IMG/VR virus record: IMGVR_UViG_3300031784_000003
DNA: 64,000 nucleotides
DNA from: a virus
Taxonomy: Duplodnaviria > Caudoviricetes
Direction: 5' to 3' (one strand)
Part shown: positions 29,275-39,682 of the stretch, one piece after another
How positions within the stretch are numbered: position 1 is the first letter of the stretch
Layout: every line of letters starts with the position of its first letter
The notes under the pieces: model-generated
Database searches by the model: none
Told to the model about the DNA's origin: nothing
Seen by the model: only the letters and a program-made list of their open reading frames with translations
Position numbers and translations under genes: made by a program

Positions 29275-30189
29275 TTATTTTCTAATATTAGAATAATTTA
29301 ATTCAAACCATTCAATAGTATCTTTCAACCCCTCATAAAGTGGGGTAAATTTAAAATTAGGTAAATATTTTTTTATTTTACTATTGTCTGATGGTTTTCT
29401 AAACTGACCATCGGGTTTAGTTTTATCGAAAATTACCTTACCATTAAAATTCATCAATTCAACTACCATATCAACTAATTCTTTAATAGATATTTCCTCA
29501 GATGTAGATAAGATTATAGGTTCATCTTCATTATAATTTTCTAAAACCCATTCAGTTAATTCTGCAACATCTTTACTATTAATAAATTCTCTTAAAGGTT
29601 TACCTGATCCCCATATAGTAAAATCAGTTTTATATTCTCTAGCAATATAACATTTATGTATTAGTGAGGGTATTACATGCCCATTTTCTATATTGTAATT
29701 ATCGTTAATACCATATATATTTGTAGGAATAACAGATTTATAATTTAACCCATATTGTTCTCTATACGATCTTATTTGAATGTCTGCCATTCTTTTTGCG
29801 TATGCATAAGGGTAATTTGAAAAGTGGGGTTCTCCTAAATGAATTTTATTTTCAGTTAGTGGGTAGTCTACATCGTTAGGGAATATACATGTTGATAAAA
29901 ATGATACTAAATTTTTAACACCAAACATTCTAGCAGATTCTATTATATTAGTATTCATCATAATATTATCGTAGAAAAATTCTCCTTTATATTTCATATT
30001 TCCCCCAACACCACCAACTTTACCTGCACAATGTATAATACCGTCAAAATTATTATTTCCGATTAGTGTGTTGACTTCTGAAGTAATTCTAATGTCAACA
30101 TCTTTAGACGTTGGTTTAAAGTATTTATCCCCTTTAAATTCTGACCCAACTAAACCACTACCTCCAGTGACTAAAATTTTTTTATTCAT
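29275..30189 (-). CDS. fcl: GDP-L-fucose synthase
   Basis: TGGSGLVG, HCAGKVGG, LSTCIFP, YAYAKR, PTNIYGINDNY, WGSGKPLREF, KPDGQFRK. Confidence 0.92.
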   Translation of the reverse strand: MNKKILVTGGSGLVGSEFKGDKYFKPTSKDVDIRITSEVNTLIGNNNFDGIIHCAGKVGGVGGNMKYKGEFFYDNIMMNTNIIESARMFGVKNLVSFLSTCIFPNDVDYPLTENKIHLGEPHFSNYPYAYAKRMADIQIRSYREQYGLNYKSVIPTNIYGINDNYNIENGHVIPSLIHKCYIAREYKTDFTIWGSGKPLREFINSKDVAELTEWVLENYNEDEPIILSTSEEISIKELVDMVVELMNFNGKVIFDKTKPDGQFRKPSDNSKIKKYLPNFKFTPLYEGLKDTIEWFELNYSNIRK

Positions 30190-31183
30190 TTATATATTCT
30201 TTTTCAACACTATAATATTCCAACCAATAATTTATCATATCATCTAACATTGTTTTAAAGGTGTATTTTGGTTTCCACCCTAATTCTAACCTTATTTTAG
30301 ATGAATCTCCTTTTAAATCATGTAACTCTTCAGGTCTAAAATGTTTATCATCTATAACTACATATTTTTTAAAGTCTAAATCTAATTTATTAAATGTATA
30401 TTCACATAAATCTTTAACAGAATATGAGACACCTGTTGAACACACATAATCGTCTGGTTTATCTGATTGTAACATTAACCACATTGCCTCAACATAGTCT
30501 TTTGCGTGACCCCAATCCCTAGTTGCATCAAGATTACCTAAATGTAAATTTTTTTGTAACCCTAATTTAATTCTAACTGCAGCCTTAACAACTTTATTGG
30601 TAACAAAATTTGTACCTCTACGAGGTGACTCATGATTAAACAAAATACCGTTCCATATTTTCATATCATATGAATTTCTATAGTTTCTACATATGTTATA
30701 TGAGAACACTTTTGCGCACCCATATGGTGAAACAGGGTTCATAGGTGTAGTTTCTCTCTGATAACCATCTACATCTATTGAATTACCAAACATTTCAGAT
30801 GATGATGCCTGATATATTTTAGAGTGTGGTGAAACCATTCTAACCGATTCCAATAGATTTAATGTCCCTAAACCTGTTGCGTTAGCAGTATAGATAGGTT
30901 GATCGAAAGAAATTCTCACGTGTGATTGTGCAGCTAAGTTATAAATTTCATCTGGTTGCACTTTTTGTAATACACTTATTAACGAAGCCATATCAGTTAA
31001 ATCCGCATATTCTAATTTAATTTTATCTGTCGACCTTAAATGTTCAATTCTTGTAGATTGTGTTTCCGAAACAGAATTTCTTTTTATTGTTCCCCATACC
31101 TCATATCCTTTTTCTAATAAAAATTCCGCTAAATATGAACCGTCTTGTCCGTTAATACCTGTAATTAATGCTTTTTTTTTCAT
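30182..31183 (-). CDS. gmd: GDP-mannose 4,6-dehydratase
   Basis: ALITGINGQDGSYLAEFLL, YNLAAQSHV, QASSSEMFG, PVSPYGCAK, NHESPRRG.NFVT, RDWGHAKDYV. Confidence 0.96.
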   Translation of the reverse strand: MKKKALITGINGQDGSYLAEFLLEKGYEVWGTIKRNSVSETQSTRIEHLRSTDKIKLEYADLTDMASLISVLQKVQPDEIYNLAAQSHVRISFDQPIYTANATGLGTLNLLESVRMVSPHSKIYQASSSEMFGNSIDVDGYQRETTPMNPVSPYGCAKVFSYNICRNYRNSYDMKIWNGILFNHESPRRGTNFVTNKVVKAAVRIKLGLQKNLHLGNLDATRDWGHAKDYVEAMWLMLQSDKPDDYVCSTGVSYSVKDLCEYTFNKLDLDFKKYVVIDDKHFRPEELHDLKGDSSKIRLELGWKPKYTFKTMLDDMINYWLEYYSVEKEYINE

Positions 31184-31230
31184 ATAATTTTATTTTTAAT
31201 AATATATACGAATTTAATTTATAGTAAATA

Positions 31231-32142
31231 TTATTTTATAATCTTCAATAAAAATTCTTCTAATAAATTAATACCTAAATCATCAATATTTTTTATTATA
31301 GGTTGTCGTAACATTTCATTTAATAAAAAATTATTGGAGTCGATTTCTTTTATTGCCTCAATAAACAAATCGTCATCATTATAATTATGATAATTTAGAA
31401 ATGAATTTTTATTAAAAACCTCATCTATTTTTTCATTACCATAATATATCGGTACAGTATTAGACAAAAACGACTCAATAATTTTTTCATCAATTAATCC
31501 TTCAATATTATATGTCTGATGTTCCTTATAAAAATGATTTTGCATTGCAAAAGAAAACTTAAAATTTTTTATAGAATTTATTTTATGTAGTGATCCGTAA
31601 GGTATAGGGAATGTTTCTTTAGTATCTACAGTTTGATATTCATTTAATTTGTTAAAAATAACATTTCTTTTGTGGGGTGTATTATTAGTATGTAAAAAAA
31701 TACAAAATTTATCTTTTTTATTTATTTCTCTATATTTAGTTAAATAATCAAAAGAGGGTATTATTTTAGTTACATTTATATGATGATATAACCATATGAG
31801 GAAAACAGGCATATAAAAATTTTTATCGATATTAGATTTATATGAGGAAATCATATAATCACAATCACTTATAGATAAAAAATTTCTTTCATTACGTGGG
31901 TATATTTCTAAATTATTATAATGACCTGGCTCACTATTTACATATATTTTTAAACAGTTTTTATAATGTATGTGTGGGTTATCCATCCCTAAAGAATAGA
32001 ATAATATGTCAGGATTTTGACTATCCATTACTACGTCAAAATTTTTTTTTAATAACCATAAAAATATGTTATCATTAGATGAACCAGGTATAGACACATC
32101 ATATGCCTCCCAGTTTAAAAAATGTACTTTTATTTTTTTCAT
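31231..32142 (-). CDS. GT10-like (alpha-1,3/4-fucosyltransferase family) glycosyltransferase
   Basis: KFSFAMQN...LIDEKIIESFLSNTVPIYYG. Confidence 0.7.
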   Translation of the reverse strand: MKKIKVHFLNWEAYDVSIPGSSNDNIFLWLLKKNFDVVMDSQNPDILFYSLGMDNPHIHYKNCLKIYVNSEPGHYNNLEIYPRNERNFLSISDCDYMISSYKSNIDKNFYMPVFLIWLYHHINVTKIIPSFDYLTKYREINKKDKFCIFLHTNNTPHKRNVIFNKLNEYQTVDTKETFPIPYGSLHKINSIKNFKFSFAMQNHFYKEHQTYNIEGLIDEKIIESFLSNTVPIYYGNEKIDEVFNKNSFLNYHNYNDDDLFIEAIKEIDSNNFLLNEMLRQPIIKNIDDLGINLLEEFLLKIIK

Positions 32143-32147
32143 TTTAA

Positions 32148-32813
32148 TTATTTTTTTTCAGTTAAATATTTTTTTATTACCATATAATCTTTTTCTAAAT
32201 CAGGTGACAAAGCGGCAGAATGGTAACTAATACCTTCTGAATTAGTATATGTTGTAGAATGCAACGCACTATTAGCTGACACAAAATTAGAAACTAAAAC
32301 ATTTTCTTCGTATTTAGATATATTTAAATTAATTGCGACTCCCCACAACCACCCATCTGTTTGAGAATAATCCGAAATTCTACCTGTTAAATCAAACCAT
32401 TTTTTAGGTATTATTGGGATTAATGAAAAATGACTATCCCAATTAGATTCTAAAAGGTTAACCTTTACGTAATTAAATTCATTTTCATATTTTTTTAAAT
32501 AAATGTCCCAATCTTTAGATAATATTTTACAATCATCTGCTAAACACCACAATAAATTACCATTTGACATTTCAGATAATTTATTAAAATAGAGATGTAA
32601 ATTTTTATAAAATAACCTTTCAAAAAATACGACTTTAATATTGTTTTTATTTAATATAAAAGTATTTAAAAAATTTATAGTTTCACTATCATCATTATCT
32701 ACACCTAATATAATTTCGTAATTTGCTTCATCACTAGCATTATCAATAATTGAATTTAATGTTATTTCTAATTCATTTATTTTAGATCTCGTTGGAAATA
32801 TAATACTTATCAT
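32148..32813 (-). CDS. GT2-like glycosyltransferase
   Basis: ISIIFPTR..., EIILGVDNDD, LWCLADD. Confidence 0.6.
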   Translation of the reverse strand: MISIIFPTRSKINELEITLNSIIDNASDEANYEIILGVDNDDSETINFLNTFILNKNNIKVVFFERLFYKNLHLYFNKLSEMSNGNLLWCLADDCKILSKDWDIYLKKYENEFNYVKVNLLESNWDSHFSLIPIIPKKWFDLTGRISDYSQTDGWLWGVAINLNISKYEENVLVSNFVSANSALHSTTYTNSEGISYHSAALSPDLEKDYMVIKKYLTEKK

Positions 32814-33670
32814 AATTTAATTTTTTTTAAAATGTAGTTTGACACACCTTCCGTTGAAATATTTTTATTAAAATAGTTCAAATTAAGAATATCAAATTCA
32901 TTTAATTTTTCTATTTTTAAAAGGTTGTGGATTAAATTATCATTTAATTCTGACCAATTATCTAAAAATATTGCGGGTGAGTTTTCGTAAAACCAATTAC
33001 CATAAATAGAATTTTTAGGATATGTAGTTATCACAATACAGTTATTTTCAAATGATTCAAAATATCTAAATGATTCTGGGACTACTGCACCTAAAGGTAC
33101 AATTGATATTTTGGAGTTTGACATTAATTCATAATATTCCTCTAATTTAAATCCTTTAGCAAACCCATCTGTAATATTTACAATAGATTTAAAATTATTT
33201 TTTACTTTATTTAATTGATTTATACACTCTACCCTATTAGGTGACCATTGGGCAGAATAAAAAATATCGTATTCTCTTTCCCTCAACAGTCGTTTTGGTT
33301 TTTCCATATTATCATAACACCAATCAGAGTTACCAAAATAACCCCCAAATCCACATGAAAAACCACATGGTACTGCAAATATTTTTTTATTGTCATGAAG
33401 ATTACTATTACTGTATGTTCTGAATATTAAAAAAAATTCCTCAGTAAATGGTGGAATAATTCCTTTTTCATCAGAAAGTAGAATTAAAATATTTTTTTTA
33501 TTTTTTTTAATACAATTATATAATTGTTGTTTTTCTACTTCATCATTTGATCTAGAAATTATAAAATGATAATTATCATCTAATTCATTTTTTAAATGAT
33601 CTAAAACCCTTAAAAAGTAAGGTGCGTCAGCAACTTCTGGTTTTACCATTGGGGCTATAGTTATTTCCAT
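32810..33670 (-). CDS. Exostosin (GT47)-like glycosyltransferase
   Basis: YYELMSNSKISIVPLGAVVPESFRYFESFENNCIVI matches the exostosin C-terminal pattern. Confidence 0.5.
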   Translation of the reverse strand: MEITIAPMVKPEVADAPYFLRVLDHLKNELDDNYHFIISRSNDEVEKQQLYNCIKKNKKNILILLSDEKGIIPPFTEEFFLIFRTYSNSNLHDNKKIFAVPCGFSCGFGGYFGNSDWCYDNMEKPKRLLREREYDIFYSAQWSPNRVECINQLNKVKNNFKSIVNITDGFAKGFKLEEYYELMSNSKISIVPLGAVVPESFRYFESFENNCIVITTYPKNSIYGNWFYENSPAIFLDNWSELNDNLIHNLLKIEKLNEFDILNLNYFNKNISTEGVSNYILKKIKL

Positions 33671-33671
33671 A

Positions 33672-34331
33672 TTATCCGTTTTGTATTAATCCTGGTTGTG
33701 TCCATGCAACTTTTATTCCCTCAACTTGAATAATTTCGTTTAATTTAAAGTCTATTGGTAAATTTATGATATTAAATCTTGGTAATATTTTCTTAGTAGT
33801 ATCTATATCTAAAATATATGCGTGAGTACATCTTGTTTTTTGATTTTCATTATAATAAACATATTTACCATCAGTTGTATTATGCACATTAAAATTATGT
33901 GATGTGCCTACCATCAACATACCAATAGATTCATTTTTATTCATTTCTATAAACTCATCTACATTTTTTCCTAAAAATTCGTTAAAATTATCAGGTATTA
34001 AAGCATCATCCTCCAGTATTAAAACAGTTTTATAATTATTTTTTATTTGATCAATATAACACCATTTATGTTTTAAGACTAAACTTAAACTACCCATACT
34101 TATTTTTTTTGAAAAGTTTTGGTATATTCCGTGAGGTTGTACTATGTCTACTGGTTCAAAAATTTCCCAATTTAATAGTTCTTTTTCATAATCTATGTCG
34201 TTTGGGTGGTACGTCTGGACTAATTCGTAATCGATACCTTCTTTTTTTAAACTATTTTCTATCACTTCCCTTCTTTTATGGAAATCTACATGATTCAGTA
34301 CATAAATTTTATCTAAATTTTTAATTTTCAT
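33672..34331 (-). CDS. GT25 glycosyltransferase
   Basis: IYVLNH...RRE, SLVLKH, VLILEDDA, CTHAYIL, PIDF. Confidence 0.75.
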   Translation of the reverse strand: MKIKNLDKIYVLNHVDFHKRREVIENSLKKEGIDYELVQTYHPNDIDYEKELLNWEIFEPVDIVQPHGIYQNFSKKISMGSLSLVLKHKWCYIDQIKNNYKTVLILEDDALIPDNFNEFLGKNVDEFIEMNKNESIGMLMVGTSHNFNVHNTTDGKYVYYNENQKTRCTHAYILDIDTTKKILPRFNIINLPIDFKLNEIIQVEGIKVAWTQPGLIQNG

Positions 34332-35229
34332 TTTCTATCAATTCTTTAATTATTTTTATAGGATTATATACGTTAATATAATTATATATCGCCCCATCAA
34401 AGTCATAATTTTTATTTTTTTGATTAATTATTTTTTTTATAGTATCAATTTCATTACCGTCATAATTTAAATACTCATAAGAATTAGGGTAAAATTCAGA
34501 TATAGATTCATGCCCATTATAAATAGGTATAGTTCTACATATTATAGGATCAATAATTTTTTCTGTTATATTACCTCTTATACTAGAATTTTCTAAAGAA
34601 ATAGTATACTCATAATCTTTTAATCCGTTAAGTTTATTACTCAAAAACCCTTTATATCTAACATCATTTACCCCAATAGACCCCCAATCCTGACCATACA
34701 TATCAAAATCCAAATCACTTGATAATAACTTTAATACTAAATTTTCTCTTTCCTTATATCTTGTAATATTATGTATATTTTTTATAGAATGCGCCTCACT
34801 ATGATAATTAACAATTATAGATAATTTTTTAGTTTTAATAAAATTTTGTTCTAATAGTTTTTTAGTAGTCTCATGTTGGTGTATTATCTCACCTTTATAT
34901 TGACATTCATACAATCTATGTGTCCCTAAAAGTGGAGAAAAAACAATATTATCTTTTTTGTAAACATCTGGTTGGTAACTTATTACTTTATTACACCTAT
35001 CAAATAAAGAAGAATCAAAATTAGGTGACCAATTAGGTTCTAATATTATACCATATAAATTTTTTTTATCTATATTAGGTATGTTAGATTTATTTAAAAC
35101 CACTAAATGTGTATAGTCATTACCATATGTAATAATGTCATTATACTTACCATCAATGTTCCAAATATCATTAATAAAACTATAAATATTATAGTCACTA
35201 TTCCAATATGCAATAAATTTAATTTTCAT
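34321..35229 (-). CDS. GT10-like glycosyltransferase
   Basis: DYEYTISLENS...ITEKIIDPIICRTIPIYNG. Confidence 0.7.
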   Translation of the reverse strand: MKIKFIAYWNSDYNIYSFINDIWNIDGKYNDIITYGNDYTHLVVLNKSNIPNIDKKNLYGIILEPNWSPNFDSSLFDRCNKVISYQPDVYKKDNIVFSPLLGTHRLYECQYKGEIIHQHETTKKLLEQNFIKTKKLSIIVNYHSEAHSIKNIHNITRYKERENLVLKLLSSDLDFDMYGQDWGSIGVNDVRYKGFLSNKLNGLKDYEYTISLENSSIRGNITEKIIDPIICRTIPIYNGHESISEFYPNSYEYLNYDGNEIDTIKKIINQKNKNYDFDGAIYNYINVYNPIKIIKELIENEN

Positions 35230-36019
35230 TATAGATGTTATTTTTTATTTTATTTTCCCAATAAACAAAATCTAATTTTTCAGTATTCCATTTACTATTT
35301 ATAATCCTTTCATACTCATCATTTAAAAATTCTTCTGTGATTTCACTCCATTCATTTACAAAACAAATAGGTAAATCTTCGTAAAACCTATTATTTTTAT
35401 TCCTTTTTTCAACTGGTATCGATCCAACATATAAAGTTTCCCAAGTCCTATGAGTATCGATACCATTACCTTCAGGACATAAAACAAATTTATGGTTATG
35501 GATATTATGTAAATAATTATCAAAATTATGACCATTGATACCATTTTCTAATGTAACCCATTTTTTATCTTTAAAAATGTTATAAGGTTCTATTCTTTGG
35601 GAGGGGTTAGTATTTATATTATGACAAACATATAATGTGTTTTTATAATATTTTTTTTGTTCAGATATTTTAATTATCTTATCTAACTTTTTTAGATTAG
35701 TAAACCACATACTATTTTCTAAACCTATAGGTATGGATTCTATTTTATCATGAACCACATCAATATTTTGACCATACCATTTAATTAAATTATCAGGTAT
35801 ATTAATTTTATTTATATCGCAATCATTACTACTACCACTATCAAATCTTTTTGGTGTTTCAGTAACCGATCCATCACTATTATGTGTAATTAAAATAAAA
35901 TTATTTTTAGGTGGGTTAACAAAAAAATCAAATACTTCATGTGTATGACAATAAAAAATTTTTTCATTATCACATAAAGAAATAAAATTTTCACCCTTTA
36001 TATATTTTTTTATTGCCAT
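35219..36019 (-). CDS. Exostosin (GT47)-like glycosyltransferase
   Basis: HKFVLCPEGNGIDTHRTWETLYVGSIPV. Confidence 0.6.
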   Translation of the reverse strand: MAIKKYIKGENFISLCDNEKIFYCHTHEVFDFFVNPPKNNFILITHNSDGSVTETPKRFDSGSSNDCDINKINIPDNLIKWYGQNIDVVHDKIESIPIGLENSMWFTNLKKLDKIIKISEQKKYYKNTLYVCHNINTNPSQRIEPYNIFKDKKWVTLENGINGHNFDNYLHNIHNHKFVLCPEGNGIDTHRTWETLYVGSIPVEKRNKNNRFYEDLPICFVNEWSEITEEFLNDEYERIINSKWNTEKLDFVYWENKIKNNIYNEN

Positions 36020-36801
36020 GAATTATACCATAAATGTATACAAATAGTTTTTTCTGTATTATAAGAATAAATATAATCTTTTAAATCGTCAAACCTACCC
36101 CTAATTTTGTGTCTCTCTGTGGCGGGTAATGGATAAAAGTATGGTGTTGGTAAAACAACTATATCTTCATCTTTTTGACTATTAATATAGTTAAAAAATA
36201 CTGTAGAGAAAAAGTATGGTCCAGTATTATTCATAATAGTTTCATGATTATTATTAGAAACGTCAATATTTTTAAAATTATCATACAACAAATTTAATAA
36301 ATTTTTTAATAAATTGTTATTTTTTGTTGCACCTATTAAACCATTAAAAACCATAGGTTCTCTAGAATGTCCTACACCCGTAAAAAAATCATTTTTTAAT
36401 AACGAATCAAAAGAAGTAACCATCTCAAAATCACTATCCAAATAGATACCACCTTCTCTGTATAGAATTTCATATCTAGCAACATCAGATTTACTACCAT
36501 AATTAGATAAATTGTCGTATAATTCCCTATTAATCATAGGGTAATCCCTTAAATCCTCTTCACCCCAAAGTTTGTATTCCCATTCAGGATGGTTTTCAAT
36601 TATTTTAGGTATTAATTGTTTATGTTCTTTAGGCATATCACCTATCCATATTTGATGAATTTTTTTTGGTATTTTATCAACTTTATTACCACTATTTTGA
36701 AATTTATTATAAAGTTCTTCTATAATATCCCAGTTCCCGTTCGGAACAACATTCCAATGACTTATTAAGTCACACCCCATTAGTTTTTTAAAAGATTCCA
36801 T
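36010..36801 (-). CDS. GT32 (OCH1-like DxD) glycosyltransferase
   Basis: IPKKIHQIWIG, SDVARYEILYREGGIYLDSD, GPYFFS, HLWYNSW. Confidence 0.88.
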   Translation of the reverse strand: MESFKKLMGCDLISHWNVVPNGNWDIIEELYNKFQNSGNKVDKIPKKIHQIWIGDMPKEHKQLIPKIIENHPEWEYKLWGEEDLRDYPMINRELYDNLSNYGSKSDVARYEILYREGGIYLDSDFEMVTSFDSLLKNDFFTGVGHSREPMVFNGLIGATKNNNLLKNLLNLLYDNFKNIDVSNNNHETIMNNTGPYFFSTVFFNYINSQKDEDIVVLPTPYFYPLPATERHKIRGRFDDLKDYIYSYNTEKTICIHLWYNSWQ

Positions 36802-36804
36802 AAT

Positions 36805-37725
36805 TTAAATTATATTATAAGGTAAATTATATCTATAAAAATCATATAAAGATTTTAAATCTTTTATACCATCTTCTAAATTTAAATTTGTTTTAAACCC
36901 CAATTTATTGATTTTATTAAAAGATACTTGAAAATCTCTAGCGTCTAAATCGGGTAGTGTTGAATCGATTAATTCAAAATTTACGTATTTTTTTATTGTG
37001 TTAGCAATATCTATTTTAGAATAATTCAACTCACCGTCACCAACATTGTAAACTTCATTTTTACTTTTTTCAAAATTATTTAACACAAATATATAAGACT
37101 CTATAACATCATCAATATGGACAAAGGTTCTTTTTGAATGACCAGCAAAAACAACAATACTTCTATCTACTATTGATTTATACATAAAGTCATTAACCAT
37201 TAAATCATTTCTCATTTTAGGGCTTACACCAAAAACAGTTGCAAATCTCAATGACACACTATTTTCTTTATCTTGCACAATTTTTTCTGCCTCATACTTA
37301 GTTTTCCCATATAAACTAACGGGTATAATAACACTATCTTCATATGCCATTTCACCATTAAAATTACCATATGATGAGGTAGTGGATGCATTTATAATAA
37401 TTTGATCTTTAGATAAAAGTTTTACCAATGATTTAGTTGCCCCAACATTTATAGATTCCGCAGAGCTTGGATTTGCCGCACATGCAGGCATACCACTTAT
37501 GCCTGCCAAATGATACACCACATCAAAATTATTAACATCCTTTTCTTTAATATTTCTTATGTCCATTTTTATCACATTTAAATTTTTATTTTTTATTAAA
37601 TGCAATATACTATCATAACCATACATAAAATTATCTAAAATGGTTACTTTATGATTCATACTTAATAAACGTTCTGTCAATAAGATACCTTTATATCCAG
37701 CCCCTCCAGTAATTAATATATTCAT
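36805..37725 (-). CDS. NAD-dependent nucleotide-sugar epimerase/reductase (extended SDR)
   Basis: ILITGGAGYKG, YHLAG, YGKTK (YxxxK), LRFATVFG. Confidence 0.85.
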   Translation of the reverse strand: MNILITGGAGYKGILLTERLLSMNHKVTILDNFMYGYDSILHLIKNKNLNVIKMDIRNIKEKDVNNFDVVYHLAGISGMPACAANPSSAESINVGATKSLVKLLSKDQIIINASTTSSYGNFNGEMAYEDSVIIPVSLYGKTKYEAEKIVQDKENSVSLRFATVFGVSPKMRNDLMVNDFMYKSIVDRSIVVFAGHSKRTFVHIDDVIESYIFVLNNFEKSKNEVYNVGDGELNYSKIDIANTIKKYVNFELIDSTLPDLDARDFQVSFNKINKLGFKTNLNLEDGIKDLKSLYDFYRYNLPYNII

Positions 37726-37740
37726 AATCTTTTATTTTTT

Positions 37741-38685
37741 TTATAATGGTTTCCATACAATTAGTGAGTGACCTTCAATAAAGTAACTACCACTATATGT
37801 TCTTTGTTTATTTAAAATCTTAATTTTACCCTCTTTTTCTAATGAAATTAGATAGGGTAAAAAACCATCTAAATAATTTCTTTTTCTAAAATATCTAATT
37901 GATAAATTATCTATTAATTTAGTTTCATCTAATAATTCATCTATAGGCTCCATATGTATACACACTTTTGGTTTTTTACTAATTAAATAATCAACAAAAC
38001 TTTTATAATTAGAACCAACTTGTTCTAACGCAGCAACTGTGTATATACCTGTTTTTTCTGTCAACTCTATATCATAATTAGGGTTGAAAAAGTCAAAGTT
38101 AAATGGGTTTATGTTTAAACCTAAAGTTTCATTAATTTCTTTTATTATTTTTTGTGACGATGTTGTCCAATCGGATCCATTTAATTTAAAATTATTATTA
38201 TAATTATTTAATCTTATTAAATGATATGCTGGCCCACAACCAAATTCAAAAACATCCTCAACATCTTTAAGATAATGTCTTAAAATTGCATCCACAAAAC
38301 AAATATGAATTTTGTAATCGAAATTTTCTGTTATAGGGTTTACTGGTTCACCTAACCATCTAACAATTCTATTTTTACCATGATATTTAGGTATTAGATT
38401 GTTTATATTTTTATCATTTTTAAAAAGGTTTAAATTTTCTCCCCAACCGTTTTCCCATTCTAAAATTCTGTGCTCACCAGATTTAGTTATGTCACTACTT
38501 AATACGTTAAAAACATTTAAAATATAGTCATCTCTCTCCTCTTTAGATAAAGTTTTATATTTTAAATTAAACTCTTTAATTCTTTCTCTAATTTCTTCAT
38601 CTATTTTAAACCCCAATATTTCTTCAATGTCTTTATAAGTAATTGTTTTAATTTCTGTTTCTGTTTTATACATAATATTTTTCAT
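37741..38685 (-). CDS. Class I SAM-dependent methyltransferase-like protein
   Basis: VFEFGCGPAYHL motif I, GSDWT, FDFFNP. Confidence 0.65.
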   Translation of the reverse strand: MKNIMYKTETEIKTITYKDIEEILGFKIDEEIRERIKEFNLKYKTLSKEERDDYILNVFNVLSSDITKSGEHRILEWENGWGENLNLFKNDKNINNLIPKYHGKNRIVRWLGEPVNPITENFDYKIHICFVDAILRHYLKDVEDVFEFGCGPAYHLIRLNNYNNNFKLNGSDWTTSSQKIIKEINETLGLNINPFNFDFFNPNYDIELTEKTGIYTVAALEQVGSNYKSFVDYLISKKPKVCIHMEPIDELLDETKLIDNLSIRYFRKRNYLDGFLPYLISLEKEGKIKILNKQRTYSGSYFIEGHSLIVWKPL

Positions 38686-39682
38686 ATAATTCTTTTTGCC
38701 ATTTAATTGTGTTATTTAATCCATAAGTTAGTGATTTAAATTTAATATCACCAAACTCATTTGTGTAGGTTTTTGTTGAAATATTTACCATTTTAGGATT
38801 ACCTTCCATTCCCTTAATTTCAGAAGGTATTCTAACCTCTTTACCTAATATATTACCAATAGACTTTGCTAAATCGTATATTGTTGTTATACTGTCACCA
38901 CCTACATTATAAACTGTAGATTTTCCGAACAATAATATGTTCCAAAACATTTCAACAACATCTGTTATGTAACAATATGTTCTTATTGCTTCACCTCTAT
39001 CCATTAATGTAATATCATTGTTTTTTAAACCCTTTTCAATTAAAGAATTTAAAACCCTATGGTCACCTACTTTAGTTCCTGGTCCATATGCTAAACTAAG
39101 TCTTATGATTTTAACATCAACATTTTGTTTTACATATGAATGACATATTGATTCCCCACATCTTTTCCCCTCAATATAACAAGATCTGGGGTGATCAGTG
39201 TTAGTAGTCCCTATTTGTGATTCATCAATACTTTCCACATCTAAACCACTATATAGTTCGCTGGTACTCACAAATAAAAATTTACCACCATCATTTAATT
39301 TATCAAATAAATTAATAGTTGAGTTAGTATTAAGTGATATGGTTTTTATTTTATTTTCTAAAAATTTTCCTGGTTGACCATATCCTGCTGCGTGTATAAT
39401 ACAGTCATATTTAGGTAATTTTTTAAAACTTTCTGAGTTAGTAATATCAGATTGTATAATTTGGCAATCTTTAAAAATTTCATTAAAGGGGTATTCTAAA
39501 TCGTTTTTAACCCAACAAGTTATTTTTAGATTATATTTTTCTTTAATTTCTTTCAAACAAGATACCATATAAACACCAACTAACCCTGATGCACCAGTTA
39601 CCAATATAGATTTATCTTTTAACTGACTAAAATCTATATTATCTACAATTTCTACACATTCTTTTTTTATGATTCTATACAT
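38666..39682 (-). CDS. NAD-dependent nucleotide-sugar dehydratase/decarboxylase (UXS-like SDR)
   Basis: ILVTGASGLVG, IHAAG, VSTSELY, RSCYIEGKR (compare UXS YDEGKR), AYGPG, RTYCYITD. Confidence 0.8.
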   Translation of the reverse strand: MYRIIKKECVEIVDNIDFSQLKDKSILVTGASGLVGVYMVSCLKEIKEKYNLKITCWVKNDLEYPFNEIFKDCQIIQSDITNSESFKKLPKYDCIIHAAGYGQPGKFLENKIKTISLNTNSTINLFDKLNDGGKFLFVSTSELYSGLDVESIDESQIGTTNTDHPRSCYIEGKRCGESICHSYVKQNVDVKIIRLSLAYGPGTKVGDHRVLNSLIEKGLKNNDITLMDRGEAIRTYCYITDVVEMFWNILLFGKSTVYNVGGDSITTIYDLAKSIGNILGKEVRIPSEIKGMEGNPKMVNISTKTYTNEFGDIKFKSLTYGLNNTIKWQKELYEKYYV

